38,663 nucleotides of DNA from an uncultured Nitrospinota bacterium (lineage in GTDB: Bacteria; Nitrospinota_A; UBA7883; JAJRTC01): positions 5,616-44,278 of the forward strand of contig CAYNDB010000005.1 of NCBI GenBank assembly GCA_964395915.1, in the 5' to 3' direction. The notes below the pieces were generated by a model. That model was given only the letters and a program-made list of their open reading frames with translations, searched no databases and was not told where the DNA came from. A program made the translations under genes and the position numbers. Below, in pieces: positions 28,705-38,663 of the stretch (the first letter of the stretch is position 1; each line of letters begins with the position of its first letter).

Positions 28705-29435
28705 TGAAGCAGGCCGGGTTCCTCTAGATTTTTCAGAGCCTCAAAAGTAACCTTCGCAGCTTCCTGTTCAGCCTCTTTTTTTGTCCTGCCCACACCTATC
28801 CCGAACAGCTCGTTGTTTACGCACACCTGCACGGTAAACGTTTTGGCATGGTCCGGTCCGGACTCGTCAATAAGTTTATAGTAAGGGTTTGTTCCTTTTT
28901 CGATTTTAATATATTTCTGCAGGTTTCCTTTATAGTCCTGTACGCTACGAGGATTGGAGGCGTCGCTCATGGATTCTTTTAATAACTCCAGCAGAACATG
29001 ATACGAAGTTTCAAAGGACGAATCGAGATACACAGCCGCGATCACAGCCTCGAAAGCGTTGGATAGAAGAGAGTTTTTTTCACGTCCTCCCGTGCTATCC
29101 TCACCTCTGCCCAGAAGCAGGTAATCTCCAAGTGAAAGCTCTTTCGCTATGCTAGCCAACGCATTTTCGTTAACCACATGCGAGCGAATTCTTGAAAGAT
29201 CACCCTCCCTGAAATCCGGCCCCTTAAAAAAAAGGTAGCGGGAAACGATAAGATCCAAAACAGAGTCGCCAAGAAACTCCAACCGCTCATTATCCTTAAC
29301 AGAAGCGGAGGACATTTCATTTGCGTACGACCGATGAGTCAAAGCTTTGTTGAGAAGGTTAATGTCGCGAAATCCGTATCCAAGCTTACCGGAAAGCTCC
29401 TTTAGCTTCTCTATCCTTTGTAAATCAAGCTCCAC
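28701..29435 (-). CDS. rnc: Ribonuclease III
   Basis: ALTHRS, NERLEFLGDSVL, AFEAVIAAVYLD, dsRBD (DYK, GPDH, KKEAEQEAA). Confidence 0.96.
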   Translation of the reverse strand: MELDLQRIEKLKELSGKLGYGFRDINLLNKALTHRSYANEMSSASVKDNERLEFLGDSVLDLIVSRYLFFKGPDFREGDLSRIRSHVVNENALASIAKELSLGDYLLLGRGEDSTGGREKNSLLSNAFEAVIAAVYLDSSFETSYHVLLELLKESMSDASNPRSVQDYKGNLQKYIKIEKGTNPYYKLIDESGPDHAKTFTVQVCVNNELFGIGVGRTKKEAEQEAAKVTFEALKNLEEPGLLQ

Positions 29436-29496
29436 GCCTTCTAGCCCCCATTATTCATAGCCAGTATAGCCAAATAGCGCCCTGAATATATCCGGA

Positions 29497-30741
29497 TCAC
29501 GATTCATACCTTTTAAACACAAGGGAGCCGTTGATGCCGCCAAACCCGAAAGAATTGGAAAGAGCGAAATTAAGCTTACGTTCAATCGACTTGTTCGGGA
29601 CGTAGAACAGGTCGCATCCAGGATCGGGATTATCAAGGTTGATTGTAGGTGGAATTATTCCGGTCTCCAGGGCTTTGATAGCGAATATCGCCTCTATCCC
29701 CCCCGCGGCTCCTAAAAGATGACCGGTCATCGACTTTGTAGAAGAGATCGCCAGATTTTTCGCATGTTCGCCAAACACCTTCTTTATGGCGATAGTTTCA
29801 ATTACATCAGCCATAGTGGAAGTCGCATGCGCATTGATATAACCGACCTGATCCGGCGAAATACCAGCGTCTTCAATCGCATGGTTCATACAAAGAATGG
29901 CTCCCTCTCCACCAGGCGAAGGGGCGGTCATATGATATGCGTCAGAACTCATGCCATACCCGACAATTTCGGCATATATTTTCGCTCCACGCGCCTTGGC
30001 ATGGTCTATATTTTCAAGAATTACGACTCCGCACCCTTCCCCCATCACAAAACCGTCACGGTCATTATCAAAAGGACGGCTCGCTTTTTCAGGCTCGTCG
30101 TTCCGTTTTGAAAGAGCTTTGGCGGAAGCGAACCCTGCGATGCCAAGCCCGGTTACCGCAGCCTCCGCGCCTCCGGCGACTATTACGTCCGCGGCGCCTT
30201 TTTCTATTATCCTCGCCGCGTCGCCTATTGCCGACGAACCGGTCGTGCAAGCGTTCACAGGACACGCGCTTGGCCCCATCAAGCCAAAGTGTATGGAGAC
30301 CTGGCCAGCCGCGAGATTGGCCAGCACAGCCGGAATGAAAAATGGTGATACCCTGCGCGGCCCACGCTCCAGCAAGGTTTTACAGGTGCGCTCTATCTCA
30401 GGCAAACCGCCTATGCCGGTGCCAATGACAACACCAAACCTCTCTTTTTCCGCAGTGGAAAGTTTATCCGGCTCTATGCCGGAATCGGCTACGGCAAACA
30501 TGGAGCTTGCCATGGCATAGTGGATAAAAGAGTCCATTTTCTTGATCTCTTTACCCTCTATAAAATCACGAGGGTCGAACCCCTTCACCTCGCCAGCTAT
30601 GCGGACAGGGTATTGCGAGGCATCGAACCTGGTAATCGGGCCTATGCCGGAGCGACCAGCGACAATTCCTCTCCAGGTATCCTCCAAGCCTACGCCCAGA
30701 GGAGTGATAGCCCCAAGGCCTGTGATGACAACTTTATTCAT
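29497..30741 (-). CDS. fabF: 3-oxoacyl-ACP synthase II
   Basis: VVITGLG, NACTTG (catalytic Cys), INAHATST, STKSMTGHLLGAAG, SNSFGFGG. Confidence 0.96.
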   Translation of the reverse strand: MNKVVITGLGAITPLGVGLEDTWRGIVAGRSGIGPITRFDASQYPVRIAGEVKGFDPRDFIEGKEIKKMDSFIHYAMASSMFAVADSGIEPDKLSTAEKERFGVVIGTGIGGLPEIERTCKTLLERGPRRVSPFFIPAVLANLAAGQVSIHFGLMGPSACPVNACTTGSSAIGDAARIIEKGAADVIVAGGAEAAVTGLGIAGFASAKALSKRNDEPEKASRPFDNDRDGFVMGEGCGVVILENIDHAKARGAKIYAEIVGYGMSSDAYHMTAPSPGGEGAILCMNHAIEDAGISPDQVGYINAHATSTMADVIETIAIKKVFGEHAKNLAISSTKSMTGHLLGAAGGIEAIFAIKALETGIIPPTINLDNPDPGCDLFYVPNKSIERKLNFALSNSFGFGGINGSLVFKRYES

Positions 30742-30765
30742 CCGGCAGATTCAAAAAACAGTAGC

Positions 30766-30786
30766 GGCCATGGACAAGGCATGGCC
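30766..30786 (-). terminator. Hairpin between acpP and fabF (possible leaky terminator or mRNA stabiliser)
   Basis: GGCCATG-N7-CATGGCC followed on the minus strand by GCTACTGTTTTTT. Confidence 0.45.
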
Positions 30787-30819
30787 ATTAATAAATAGAA
30801 AAACAACCCAAAGGCCGTT

Positions 30820-31059
30820 CTAGTCCTGTTTGGCGGTCGCCGAAATGTAGTCGATAGCCTGCTGGACCGTTAATATCTTTTCCGCGTCTTCATCGTGTAT
30901 CTCAATGTCAAAGGCCTCTTCGAAAGCCATGACAAGCTCTACAACATCCAATGAGTCGGCGTTCAAGTCCGTGTCGAATTTGGCGTCAGATAACACTTTA
31001 TCGGCGTCCACCTCAAGCTGTTCGACAATGATAGACTTGACTTTATCTTCAATCGACAT
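30820..31059 (-). CDS. acpP: Acyl carrier protein
   Basis: [39 protein letters not shown] (phosphopantetheine Ser); start at ATG 31059. Confidence 0.95.
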   Translation of the reverse strand: MSIEDKVKSIIVEQLEVDADKVLSDAKFDTDLNADSLDVVELVMAFEEAFDIEIHDEDAEKILTVQQAIDYISATAKQD

Positions 31060-31130
31060 ATTTTTTCTCCCATCTCCTTTGAAACTGTCCGAATATTTTA
31101 ATAGAAACTCAGAAAATGCCAAGAACTAAA

Positions 31131-31874
31131 TCACATTACCATACCACCATTGATCGAAAGAGTCTGCCCCGTTACATATCCGGCCCCCTCCGACGCCAGA
31201 TATAAAGCTCCGGCGGCAACATCCCCGATTGCGCCAAAACGCGCCAGCGGGATAGATTCCAACATATTTTCTCTTACCTTCTCTGAAAGGGTCTCGGTCA
31301 TTTCCGTCGAAATAAACCCCGGAGCGATAGCGTTTACCGTAATCCCCCTCGATGCAAGCTCCCTGGCGGCTGATTTGGTCATGCCAAAAAGAGCCGCTTT
31401 GGAAGAAGCGTAGTTTACCTGTCCGGCGTTACCAATCTGCCCCACCACAGACGAAATGTTTATTATACGTCCCCAGCGCTGTCGCATCATTATTTTTGCC
31501 GCCCCCTGCAGACAGTTGAACGCTCCCTTAAGGTTAACATTCATAACCTCGTCAAAGTCGCTCTCTTTCATCCGGACAAGAAGCCCGTCGCGCGTGATAC
31601 CGGCATTGTTGACCAGAATATCTATTCTCCCGAATGTCTCTTTGGTCTTGGCAAACAGTTCTTTGACAAACTCGACATTGGAAACATCTCCCATGCGCTC
31701 TTCAACGACTTCAGCCCCTTTAGCGTGGCAGGATCGCGCCACATCATCCAGCGGACTTTTCAAGGTCACAAGACAAAGATTAGCTCCCTCAGAGGCAAAA
31801 GCCTCCGCTATCCCCCGGCCAATACCTCTTGCGGCCCCCGTGACCAGGACTACTTTTCCTTTAAAGCTGTCCAT
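31131..31874 (-). CDS. fabG: 3-oxoacyl-ACP reductase
   Basis: VTGAARGIG, LVNNAGITRD, NYASSK (YxxxK), APGFI; fab cluster context. Confidence 0.95.
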   Translation of the reverse strand: MDSFKGKVVLVTGAARGIGRGIAEAFASEGANLCLVTLKSPLDDVARSCHAKGAEVVEERMGDVSNVEFVKELFAKTKETFGRIDILVNNAGITRDGLLVRMKESDFDEVMNVNLKGAFNCLQGAAKIMMRQRWGRIINISSVVGQIGNAGQVNYASSKAALFGMTKSAARELASRGITVNAIAPGFISTEMTETLSEKVRENMLESIPLARFGAIGDVAAGALYLASEGAGYVTGQTLSINGGMVM

Positions 31875-32802
31875 TTAAGCCTTCCACAGCTAAATCCACC
31901 TGCTCTATAGAGCCTACCGGCAACACCGGTATTGATTTATTTATACGACGCATAAGACCGGCCAGCGCCTTCCCAGGCCCAATCTCAAAAGCTTTTGTCG
32001 TTCCCATCTCGGCCAGCATTTTCATCGAGCCAACCCAGTTGACACACCCTGTAACCTGTCGGATAAGCCCGTCTTTTATCTCCTCCGCCGTTTTGGAAAC
32101 GCCGGCGTCCACATTCCGCAATACGGGATATTTCGGGTCGTGAAACTCAATAGTCTTCATATATTCCGCAAGCCCTTCCCTCGCAGGCGCCATCAACTTT
32201 GTATGAAACGGAGCGCTCACTTGCAATAATACAACTTTTTTAGCGCCATTCTGTTTCACTATTTCAATGGCCTTCTCAACATCTTCCGCCTTCCCCGCAA
32301 TAACCGTCTGTTCAGGGCTATTGAAATTAGCTGGAGCGACAAAACCAGCCACCTCAGCGCATGCTTTCGCAACGTTTTCCGCCGACAGCCCTATAACCGC
32401 CGCCATAGCGCCCTCCCCCACCGGAACTGCGGACTGCATAAGCTCGCCCCTTTTACGAACAAGCTTAATGACATCGTAGAACCCGACAGCTCCCGCCGCC
32501 CAGCATGCCGAAAACTCGCCGAGGCTATGCCCCGCCGACGCCACGGGAGTTATGATTCTTTTACCAAGCAACGCCTCAAAGGCTATGACCGATATCAGAA
32601 GAATCGCCGGCTGTGTATTCGCCGTGAGCCGAAGTTCATCCTCCGGCCCCTCAAGTATAAGCTTGCCTATATCAAAACCGAGCGCGTCATTCGCTTCCTC
32701 CAGCCGTCGTCTCGCCGCAAGACTGGTTTCGATCAGCGAAGCTCCCATACCAACAGACTGAGAACCCTGCCCCGGAAATAAAAATGCTATATTATCGCTC
32801 AT
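31861..32802 (-). CDS. fabD: Malonyl-CoA-ACP transacylase
   Basis: FLFPGQGSQ, TQPA, AGHSLGE, VSAPFH, EIGPGK; ATG at 32802. Confidence 0.95.
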   Translation of the reverse strand: MSDNIAFLFPGQGSQSVGMGASLIETSLAARRRLEEANDALGFDIGKLILEGPEDELRLTANTQPAILLISVIAFEALLGKRIITPVASAGHSLGEFSACWAAGAVGFYDVIKLVRKRGELMQSAVPVGEGAMAAVIGLSAENVAKACAEVAGFVAPANFNSPEQTVIAGKAEDVEKAIEIVKQNGAKKVVLLQVSAPFHTKLMAPAREGLAEYMKTIEFHDPKYPVLRNVDAGVSKTAEEIKDGLIRQVTGCVNWVGSMKMLAEMGTTKAFEIGPGKALAGLMRRINKSIPVLPVGSIEQVDLAVEGLNGQL

Positions 32803-32881
32803 TATCAATCCTGACGTAAAGTAAGCGAAGTAAGATAATAGGGAGGGGTTGTTATGTCAAGGGGTTTAGGCAACGGTGAGG

Positions 32882-33181
32882 TTACTTGTACCTGTATGTT
32901 ATTCGACCGCGGGTCAGGTCGTAGGGGCTAAGCTCAAGACGAACCTTGTCACCCGGCAAGATGCGGATAAAAAACTTTCTCATTTTTCCGGAAACATGGG
33001 CCAATACCATAAAATCGTTTTCAAGCTCCACCTTGAACATGGCGTTTGGCAGAGCCTCGACCACAGTCCCTTCCATTTCCACAGCTTTTTCGCTAGACCC
33101 CTTTGGAGTGGCGTCATCTACGGATCGAACTTTTCTTTTCTTCTTCTTCCGCCGTCCGAACCTGCTCTGGAATCTGGGCAT
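32882..33181 (-). CDS. infA: Translation initiation factor IF-1 with basic N-terminal extension
   Basis: [54 protein letters not shown]. Confidence 0.93.
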   Translation of the reverse strand: MPRFQSRFGRRKKKKRKVRSVDDATPKGSSEKAVEMEGTVVEALPNAMFKVELENDFMVLAHVSGKMRKFFIRILPGDKVRLELSPYDLTRGRITYRYK

Positions 33182-33403
33182 AACTTTTAAATTTTTCCTC
33201 TATTTTTCATAAATATTTTGCGTATTGGCAAGCAAAGAGCCTAGCTTATTAACCGACTGAATTCAACCGTATTACGCTTTGGATAAAAACAACTTGCCAA
33301 AACATGTACCTTGGCTATAATTGCTTTTTATGTCTGGATCGGTTATTTCAACCAAGCTATCATTATAGCTCTTAATTTTCAATATTATAGAAAGATTGTT
33401 TTT

Positions 33404-34576
33404 ATGGGACGCATAAACTACCTGTTTACATCAGAATCTGTCTCCGAAGGACACCCCGATAAAATCAGTGACCAGATTTCCGACGCTGTGCTCGACGCGG
33501 TTATAGGACAGGATAACATGGCGAGAGTCGCATGTGAGACCTTTTGCACAACTGGCCTCGTGCTTGTTGGTGGGGAATATTCATGCGATCCGTCTGTCAA
33601 AATAGATATAGCGGAAATCGCTCGTGGTGTTGTAAAGGATATTGGATATAACGACTCTTCACTAGGGTTCGACTATAAATCGTGCGCCGTGTTAAACGCC
33701 ATGCACGAGCAATCCGCCGATATTGCGCAGGGAGTCGTCCGTGAAAAAGCGGAGGATCAGGGCGCGGGCGATCAGGGTATCATGTTCGGCTACGCCACAA
33801 ACGAAACGCCGGAGCTTATGCCTTTGCCGATCACATTGGCCCACAAGGTTCTTATTAAGCTTGCGGAGCTTAGGAAAAGCGGCGAGATGCCTTTTTTGCG
33901 GCCCGACAGCAAATCGCAGGTAACGGTCGAGTATACCAACAGAACACCGCACAAAATTGATACTGTTGTATTGTCAACTCAACACAGCGAAGACATATCT
34001 GAAAAAGATTTGGCGCGTGAAGTTATAGAAAAAGCCATAAAACCGATAATGCCTGAAGATCTTTTCGACGAAAAGAGGGTCAATTTCCATATCAACCCGA
34101 CCGGCAGGTTCGTTATCGGTGGGCCGCACGGAGACACGGGGCTTACAGGACGTAAAATCATCGTAGACACATACGGCGGCGTAGGCTCACACGGCGGCGG
34201 AGCTTTCTCCGGCAAAGACCCGAGCAAGGTGGACAGATCGGCTTCATACATGGCGCGATATGTCGCCAAAAACCTGGTCGCCGCCGGCATCATGGAAAAA
34301 TGCGAAGTCCAGCTCGCCTACGCCATCGGCGTCGCGGAGCCCGTGTCTGTGCTGGTCGATTCGTTCGGCACCCGTAAAATAGAGCAGGATAAAATTCACG
34401 AGATCGTGCGGGATAATTTTGACATGCGTCCATATGGAATCTTGAAAACGCTCGACCTGCGCCGTCCGATATTCCGCAAAACAGCGGCCTACGGTCATTT
34501 TGGCAGAGAGCTTCCGGAGTTCACATGGGAAAAAACCGACAAGGCCGACGATTTGCGGAAAGCGGCTGGGCTGTAG
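33404..34576 (+). CDS. metK: S-adenosylmethionine synthetase
   Basis: [49 protein letters not shown]; start moved to ATG 33404. Confidence 0.97.
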   Translation: MGRINYLFTSESVSEGHPDKISDQISDAVLDAVIGQDNMARVACETFCTTGLVLVGGEYSCDPSVKIDIAEIARGVVKDIGYNDSSLGFDYKSCAVLNAMHEQSADIAQGVVREKAEDQGAGDQGIMFGYATNETPELMPLPITLAHKVLIKLAELRKSGEMPFLRPDSKSQVTVEYTNRTPHKIDTVVLSTQHSEDISEKDLAREVIEKAIKPIMPEDLFDEKRVNFHINPTGRFVIGGPHGDTGLTGRKIIVDTYGGVGSHGGGAFSGKDPSKVDRSASYMARYVAKNLVAAGIMEKCEVQLAYAIGVAEPVSVLVDSFGTRKIEQDKIHEIVRDNFDMRPYGILKTLDLRRPIFRKTAAYGHFGRELPEFTWEKTDKADDLRKAAGL

Positions 34577-34802
34577 CTTCCGGTTTTCACATATTCCACG
34601 GCGGGCTCTTTCATGATTTCCTGCATGGCCCTCTTGCGCAAAGGCCTGTATTCCGTACGATTGTGTAAAATATAGCTAAAGTCATACGGGCTATTTACGC
34701 TTCGTGCAAGAATGTACTGGGCCGTTATATTTGTCTCGACCCGTGAAAGCCATCCCCGAAAATCAGACGGGAATAAACTTTGGTGAAATGAAAGAAAACG
34801 AA

Positions 34803-35447
34803 ATGTCCAAAGACAACATTGAACGTAAGGCCGTTTTCACTCCAGTAATATCGGGAGGCTCGCTTCCTATATCGGAGCTTAAAAAACTGGTCGACGTTAT
34901 GGAAAATGAAGGCGCGGAAGTTGTCAAACTCGGCGGGGAGGTGACCTTTGTGTGGGGGAATGGCGGCAGACCGCCGGAAGGTATCGAAGATCGCGCCGGC
35001 TTTAAAAAAATAGATTTCCGAAAAGGAGGGGTGCGTCCTGTGCGCATGTGCTCGGCGGAAATATTCTGCCCACGGTTCAACCTGCCTGTTTTATCTTTGG
35101 CGAAAAAAATAGACGAGCGATTCGGCGGCGAGGAGATGGAGTCCAAGATAACGATCGGCGTGGCTGGGTGCCAGCGATCCTGCAGTGAACCCGCCACTAA
35201 AGACATCGGGATTATAGCCTCTCCTGGCGGATACGAAATCCATATCGGCGGCGCGGCCGGTATGCGCCCGATGCTGGCGAAAAAAGTGGCCGTGGTTGAT
35301 TCGCAAGAAAAGGTATTGGAAATCATCGCCCGTATTGTCGACTTCATGCGTCGCAACGGCGACAACACTTCACGCCTCGGCTTGATTCTGGAATCGCAGG
35401 GAAGCGAGGAGCTGGTTAAAGAGTTGACTGGGTTAGACACGAAGTAA
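34803..35447 (+). CDS. Small nitrite/sulfite reductase 4Fe-4S/siroheme-domain protein
   Basis: C-X5-C (CSAEIFC) and GCQRSC motifs, KDIGII, IHIGGAAG; about 214 aa; alternative start at 34788. Confidence 0.75.
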   Translation: MSKDNIERKAVFTPVISGGSLPISELKKLVDVMENEGAEVVKLGGEVTFVWGNGGRPPEGIEDRAGFKKIDFRKGGVRPVRMCSAEIFCPRFNLPVLSLAKKIDERFGGEEMESKITIGVAGCQRSCSEPATKDIGIIASPGGYEIHIGGAAGMRPMLAKKVAVVDSQEKVLEIIARIVDFMRRNGDNTSRLGLILESQGSEELVKELTGLDTK

Positions 35448-35463
35448 GCCCCGCTATTCAGGA

Positions 35464-35533
35464 TGTCATGCCGGACTTGATCCGGCATCTCATTGGCTAA
35501 TTGGCGAGATCCCGGACCAAGTCCGGGATGACA
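35464..35533. repeat. Palindromic REP/RPE-like element (TGTCA...TGACA)
   Basis: TGTCATGCCGGACTTGATCCGGCATCTC-spacer-GAGATCCCGGACCAAGTCCGGGATGACA: two self-complementary halves in inverted orientation. Confidence 0.85.
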
Positions 35534-35534
35534 A

Positions 35535-36374
35535 TCAGGTAGACCCCAAAGACTCTATTTCAAGTTTATATTCAGTATCGCTGAGCTTAGCTTGCCTTAG
35601 CTCCACTTTGTTTTCCCGTTCCTGACACCATCCCTCAATCAACTTCCTGTCATCTTCGCTCATACGACAGCCAAATATTACCGCCACCAGCATTTCCGCA
35701 GGAAAGGTGAGCTTTTTATTTTTCACAGACAAAGCCATAGGCTCGTTTGGCTCCATCGATAAGAGGCGATACTCTTCCTCGTATTTCCAATCCGTAAATT
35801 TAGTTAACGCCGAATGGTACAAAATCTCCATATCGTCTGATTCCGTAATATCTAACGTTGGATATTTGTCGCGATAGTGAACCTTCAGAGCCCCTCCAAA
35901 GATGTCTTTGCTAGCGTCAAAGACTAAACAGAACCCTTTGTGTGAATCGGAGTAGTGAGACCAGACAAGAGGATTGGTCGCAGTCGCGCAAAGACTACAG
36001 ACACGATATTTTTCATGAAGGTTCGACCAGTACAGTTCTTTGAATTCTCTTGCCAACTCTTCCGCTTCCTCCTGCGTATGATTTGCTAACCATACTTCAT
36101 CTTCTTCTGGTGTGGTTTCTGGGTTGGCGAGGCGAATTAGTTTTAAATATTTTATTTTATAGTCTGCGTCACTGATATCACCAATCACCATATTGGGTCG
36201 GAATTCGTGTGGATCGTTTAAATCAATTGGACTTGGGAAGTGTAGCTCATTGGCCGAAAAAATACGCTCAACCCTGGGAAGTTTATCTAAAACCAGATCA
36301 TTATTAGAGTCCCGCGGAATAGACCGGAACTTATAAAGTTCCTTTACTTCTAAAGTCTCAATAGCTGTTTTCAT
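35535..36374 (-). CDS. DUF2971 domain-containing protein
   Basis: LYKFRS, LNDPHE, NPLVWSHYSDSHKGFCLVF, TKFTDWKYEEEYR, VIFGCRM; ATG at 36374. Confidence 0.82.
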   Translation of the reverse strand: MKTAIETLEVKELYKFRSIPRDSNNDLVLDKLPRVERIFSANELHFPSPIDLNDPHEFRPNMVIGDISDADYKIKYLKLIRLANPETTPEEDEVWLANHTQEEAEELAREFKELYWSNLHEKYRVCSLCATATNPLVWSHYSDSHKGFCLVFDASKDIFGGALKVHYRDKYPTLDITESDDMEILYHSALTKFTDWKYEEEYRLLSMEPNEPMALSVKNKKLTFPAEMLVAVIFGCRMSEDDRKLIEGWCQERENKVELRQAKLSDTEYKLEIESLGST

Positions 36375-36376
36375 AT

Positions 36377-36484
36377 TGTCATTGCGAACGCAGTGAAGCA
36401 ATCCCGTTGGGTGAAGTGAGATAAACGCAAATCATTTTTCTCCCATTGGGATCGTCACGGTCGCTTCACTCCCTCACGATGACA
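36377..36484. repeat. Second palindromic REP/RPE-like element (TGTCATTGCGA...GATGACA family)
   Basis: TGTCATTGCGAACGCAGTGAAGCAATCCC...GGGATCGTCACGGTCGCTTCACTCCCTCACGATGACA. Confidence 0.8.
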
Positions 36485-36495
36485 CTTTGGGCGCC

Positions 36496-36535
36496 GGGAT
36501 TGCCACACGTGACGAAGTTGCGCGTGGCAATGACA
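36496..36535. repeat. Half-copy of the same palindromic family directly after the ahcY stop; may act as a terminator
   Basis: GGGATTGCCACACGTGACGAAGTTGCGCGTGGCAATGACA; ATTGCCAC/GTGGCAAT stem, ends in TGACA. Confidence 0.7.
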
Positions 36536-36540
36536 AAAAC

Positions 36541-37959
36541 CTAATACCGATAATGATCCGGTTTATATGGGCCTTCGACAGGGACGCCGATATAGTCCGC
36601 CTGATCCTTTGAAAGCGTCGTGAGTTTCACGCCAATTCTCGCAAGATGCAACCGGGCAACTTCTTCGTCCAGCTTTTTCGACAACGTATAGACGCCGACC
36701 TTATGGTCGTTTTCCCACAAATCGATTTGCGCCAAAGTCTGGTTGGTGAAAGAGTTGCTCATGACGAAGCTGGGATGCCCCGTGGCGCAACCTAAATTCA
36801 CAAGCCTGCCCTCGGCAAGGATGTATATAGAATGGCCGTCTTCGTCGAAGGTATACATGTCGACCTGCGGCTTGATGTTGGTAACTTTTGCGCCAGAGAA
36901 ATTCTCCAGCTTGCTCATCTCAATCTCGTTGTCGAAATGGCCGATGTTGCAGACAATCGCCTGATCTTTCATCTTCCGCATATGCTCAAGCCGGATGATA
37001 TCTTTGTTGCCGGTTGTGGTGACGTATATGTCAGCTTCGGCAAGGGCGTCCTCGATCGGTTTCACCTCATATCCTTCCATAGACGCCTGCAACGCGCAGA
37101 TCGGATCGATCTCTGTGACGATAACACGCGCCCCAAGCCCGACAAAAGATTGTGCGCAGCCTTTGCCAACGTCGCCATATCCACACACTACAGCCACTTT
37201 ACCTGCGATCATAACGTCTGTGGCGCGTTTGATCCCGTCCACGAGAGATTCGCGGCAACCATAAAGGTTGTCGAACTTTGATTTCGTAACGGAGTCGTTA
37301 ACGTTGATGGCTGGAACCAGAAGCTCTCCCTTTTCCATCATCTGATACAGCCTGTGTACTCCGGTGGTGGTCTCTTCCGAGACACCTTTCCATTCTTTGA
37401 CAACGTTGCCCCAGAAACCCGGCTCATTTTTAAGCGTGTCTTTTAGAAGGTTGTTGATTATCTTAAGCTCCGCGTTATCGGTTGGCTCGTCGAGAATAGA
37501 CGCGTCGCTCTCCGCCGCATAGCCGCGATGGATTACGAGGGTTGCGTCTCCGCCATCGTCCACAATAAGCTGCGGACCTTTGCCGCCCGGGAACGTTAGA
37601 GCCTGTTTGGTGCACCACCAGTATTCTTCCAGCGTCTCCCCTTTCCACGCAAATACAGGCACGCCTGTGGCCGCTATCGCTGCGGCGGCGTGATCTTGCG
37701 TCGAGAATATGTTGCACGAAACCCAGCGCACGTCCGCGCCAAGCTCCACAAGCGTTTCTATCAGAACAGCGGTCTGTATTGTCATGTGCAAGCTGCCCAT
37801 GATCCTTACGCCTTTTAGCGGCTTTGTTTTGCCATACTTCTCACGCGTGGCCACAAGGCCCGGCATTTCGTGTTCGGCTATATTTATTTCCTTACGGCCA
37901 AAGTCGGCCAGAGAGATATCCGCTACCTTGTAGTCGGCTGTTTCCGATGCGACAGTCAC
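36541..37959 (-). CDS. ahcY: Adenosylhomocysteinase
   Basis: [77 protein letters not shown]; GTG start with AAGGAG RBS. Confidence 0.97.
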   Translation of the reverse strand: MTVASETADYKVADISLADFGRKEINIAEHEMPGLVATREKYGKTKPLKGVRIMGSLHMTIQTAVLIETLVELGADVRWVSCNIFSTQDHAAAAIAATGVPVFAWKGETLEEYWWCTKQALTFPGGKGPQLIVDDGGDATLVIHRGYAAESDASILDEPTDNAELKIINNLLKDTLKNEPGFWGNVVKEWKGVSEETTTGVHRLYQMMEKGELLVPAINVNDSVTKSKFDNLYGCRESLVDGIKRATDVMIAGKVAVVCGYGDVGKGCAQSFVGLGARVIVTEIDPICALQASMEGYEVKPIEDALAEADIYVTTTGNKDIIRLEHMRKMKDQAIVCNIGHFDNEIEMSKLENFSGAKVTNIKPQVDMYTFDEDGHSIYILAEGRLVNLGCATGHPSFVMSNSFTNQTLAQIDLWENDHKVGVYTLSKKLDEEVARLHLARIGVKLTTLSKDQADYIGVPVEGPYKPDHYRY

Positions 37960-38032
37960 TTTTAGTTCTCCTTAAATTGATCTAATCTATTAGTATAACG
38001 GTAACATTTTATCAAGCAACCCGAAGAAAAAC

Positions 38033-38663
38033 ATGGCTATAAAAGAAACGTTGGGAGCCCCAAAAGGCTTTATCTACCTAATAAGAAGCATTAAGATTGT
38101 GTTTTCCGACTGGAAAGTGTTCCGCCTTGCCATCATGCCGATGCTGGTGAACATTCTGCTTTTCGTTGGTTTCTTTTTCGCTTTCAACTATTTTTCATAT
38201 GAAATCTCATCGAGAGTGTTCGAAGAGTCTACCCAGGTGTGGTATTGGTACGCCCTGTCGTGGCTGATCGGCGTGGCGCTTTTTATTGTTTCCATTTTTA
38301 TCGTGCTGTTCGGTTTTGTGGTGGTCGGCCTCATCGTGGCGGCGCCTTTCAACGATATGCTGGCGGCGGCGGTGGAAAAAAAGGTGACCGGAACGGTAAA
38401 AGAAACCGGTATGTCGATATGGGGGCTTGTAAAATATACCGTTAAAAACGAGATTCGTAAAATGGCGGTGATAATTTTGGTTCAGGGATCGCTTTTCCTG
38501 GTCAACTTCATCCCCGGTGTCGGGCAGATGATATTCGTCGTGGTCAGCCCTGCATTCCTGGCTTTAGTGATGGCGTATGAATTCACAGGCTATACTCTGG
38601 ACAGGCGAGGGTTATCATTCAGCGAAAAACGAAAATATCTGACATCAAAATTCGGGTTGTCGA
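38033..38663 (+). CDS. CysZ/EI24-family membrane protein (3' truncated by the window edge)
   Basis: Manual translation from ATG 38033: MAIKETLGAPKGFIYLIRS...LAIMPMLVNILLF...LIVAAPFNDMLAAAVEKKVTG; the AAPFN motif and hydrophobic pattern are characteristic; absent from the ORF track because it has no stop in the window. Confidence 0.75.
   Translation, partial: MAIKETLGAPKGFIYLIRSIKIVFSDWKVFRLAIMPMLVNILLFVGFFFAFNYFSYEISSRVFEESTQVWYWYALSWLIGVALFIVSIFIVLFGFVVVGLIVAAPFNDMLAAAVEKKVTGTVKETGMSIWGLVKYTVKNEIRKMAVIILVQGSLFLVNFIPGVGQMIFVVVSPAFLALVMAYEFTGYTLDRRGLSFSEKRKYLTSKFGLS

Noticed and set aside
33182-33403. SAM riboswitch upstream of metK, and the longer 421-aa metK start
   Set aside because: The region is AT-rich with no SAM-I/II consensus; homology begins at [12 protein letters not shown], so the TTG extension is unlikely
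35464-36535. CRISPR array, integron attC sites or IS element
   Set aside because: The repeats are not identical direct repeats with spacers, lack RYYYAAC/GTTRRRY cores, and no cas, integrase or transposase gene is in the window
38239-38445. 68-aa ORF in the ORF track
   Set aside because: It is an alternative frame inside the CysZ/EI24-like gene that starts at 38033

Overview
Gene-dense bacterial chromosomal window from a diderm organism (lpxC, lolA, rseP present). The gene content suggests a deltaproteobacterial or Nitrospinota-like lineage, which is inference only. Layout: (1) 18-8443, a minus-strand signalling block with two PAS histidine kinases and four response regulators, none with a DNA-binding domain; (2) orphan TAXI solute-binding protein, DsbA-like protein, a type IV pilin with a sigma54-type promoter, and glgC; (3) bioH-bioC-bioD/bioA-fusion operon; (4) heme-c MCP and cheW; (5) DUF4390, NtrY-like kinase, a REC + degenerate AAA+ + LpxC fusion, purN, lolA, rseP; (6) infA-fabD-fabG-acpP-fabF-rnc-queE on the minus strand; (7) metK, a small siroheme nitrite/sulfite reductase-like protein, a DUF2971 gene bracketed exactly by palindromic repeats, ahcY, and a truncated cysZ/EI24 gene. 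The most striking items are an NtrX-like response regulator whose output is an intact LpxC enzyme instead of a DNA-binding HTH, and the repeat-bounded DUF2971 cassette. No rRNA, tRNA, CRISPR array or transposase was recognised. All calls come from motif reading; no database searches were run.
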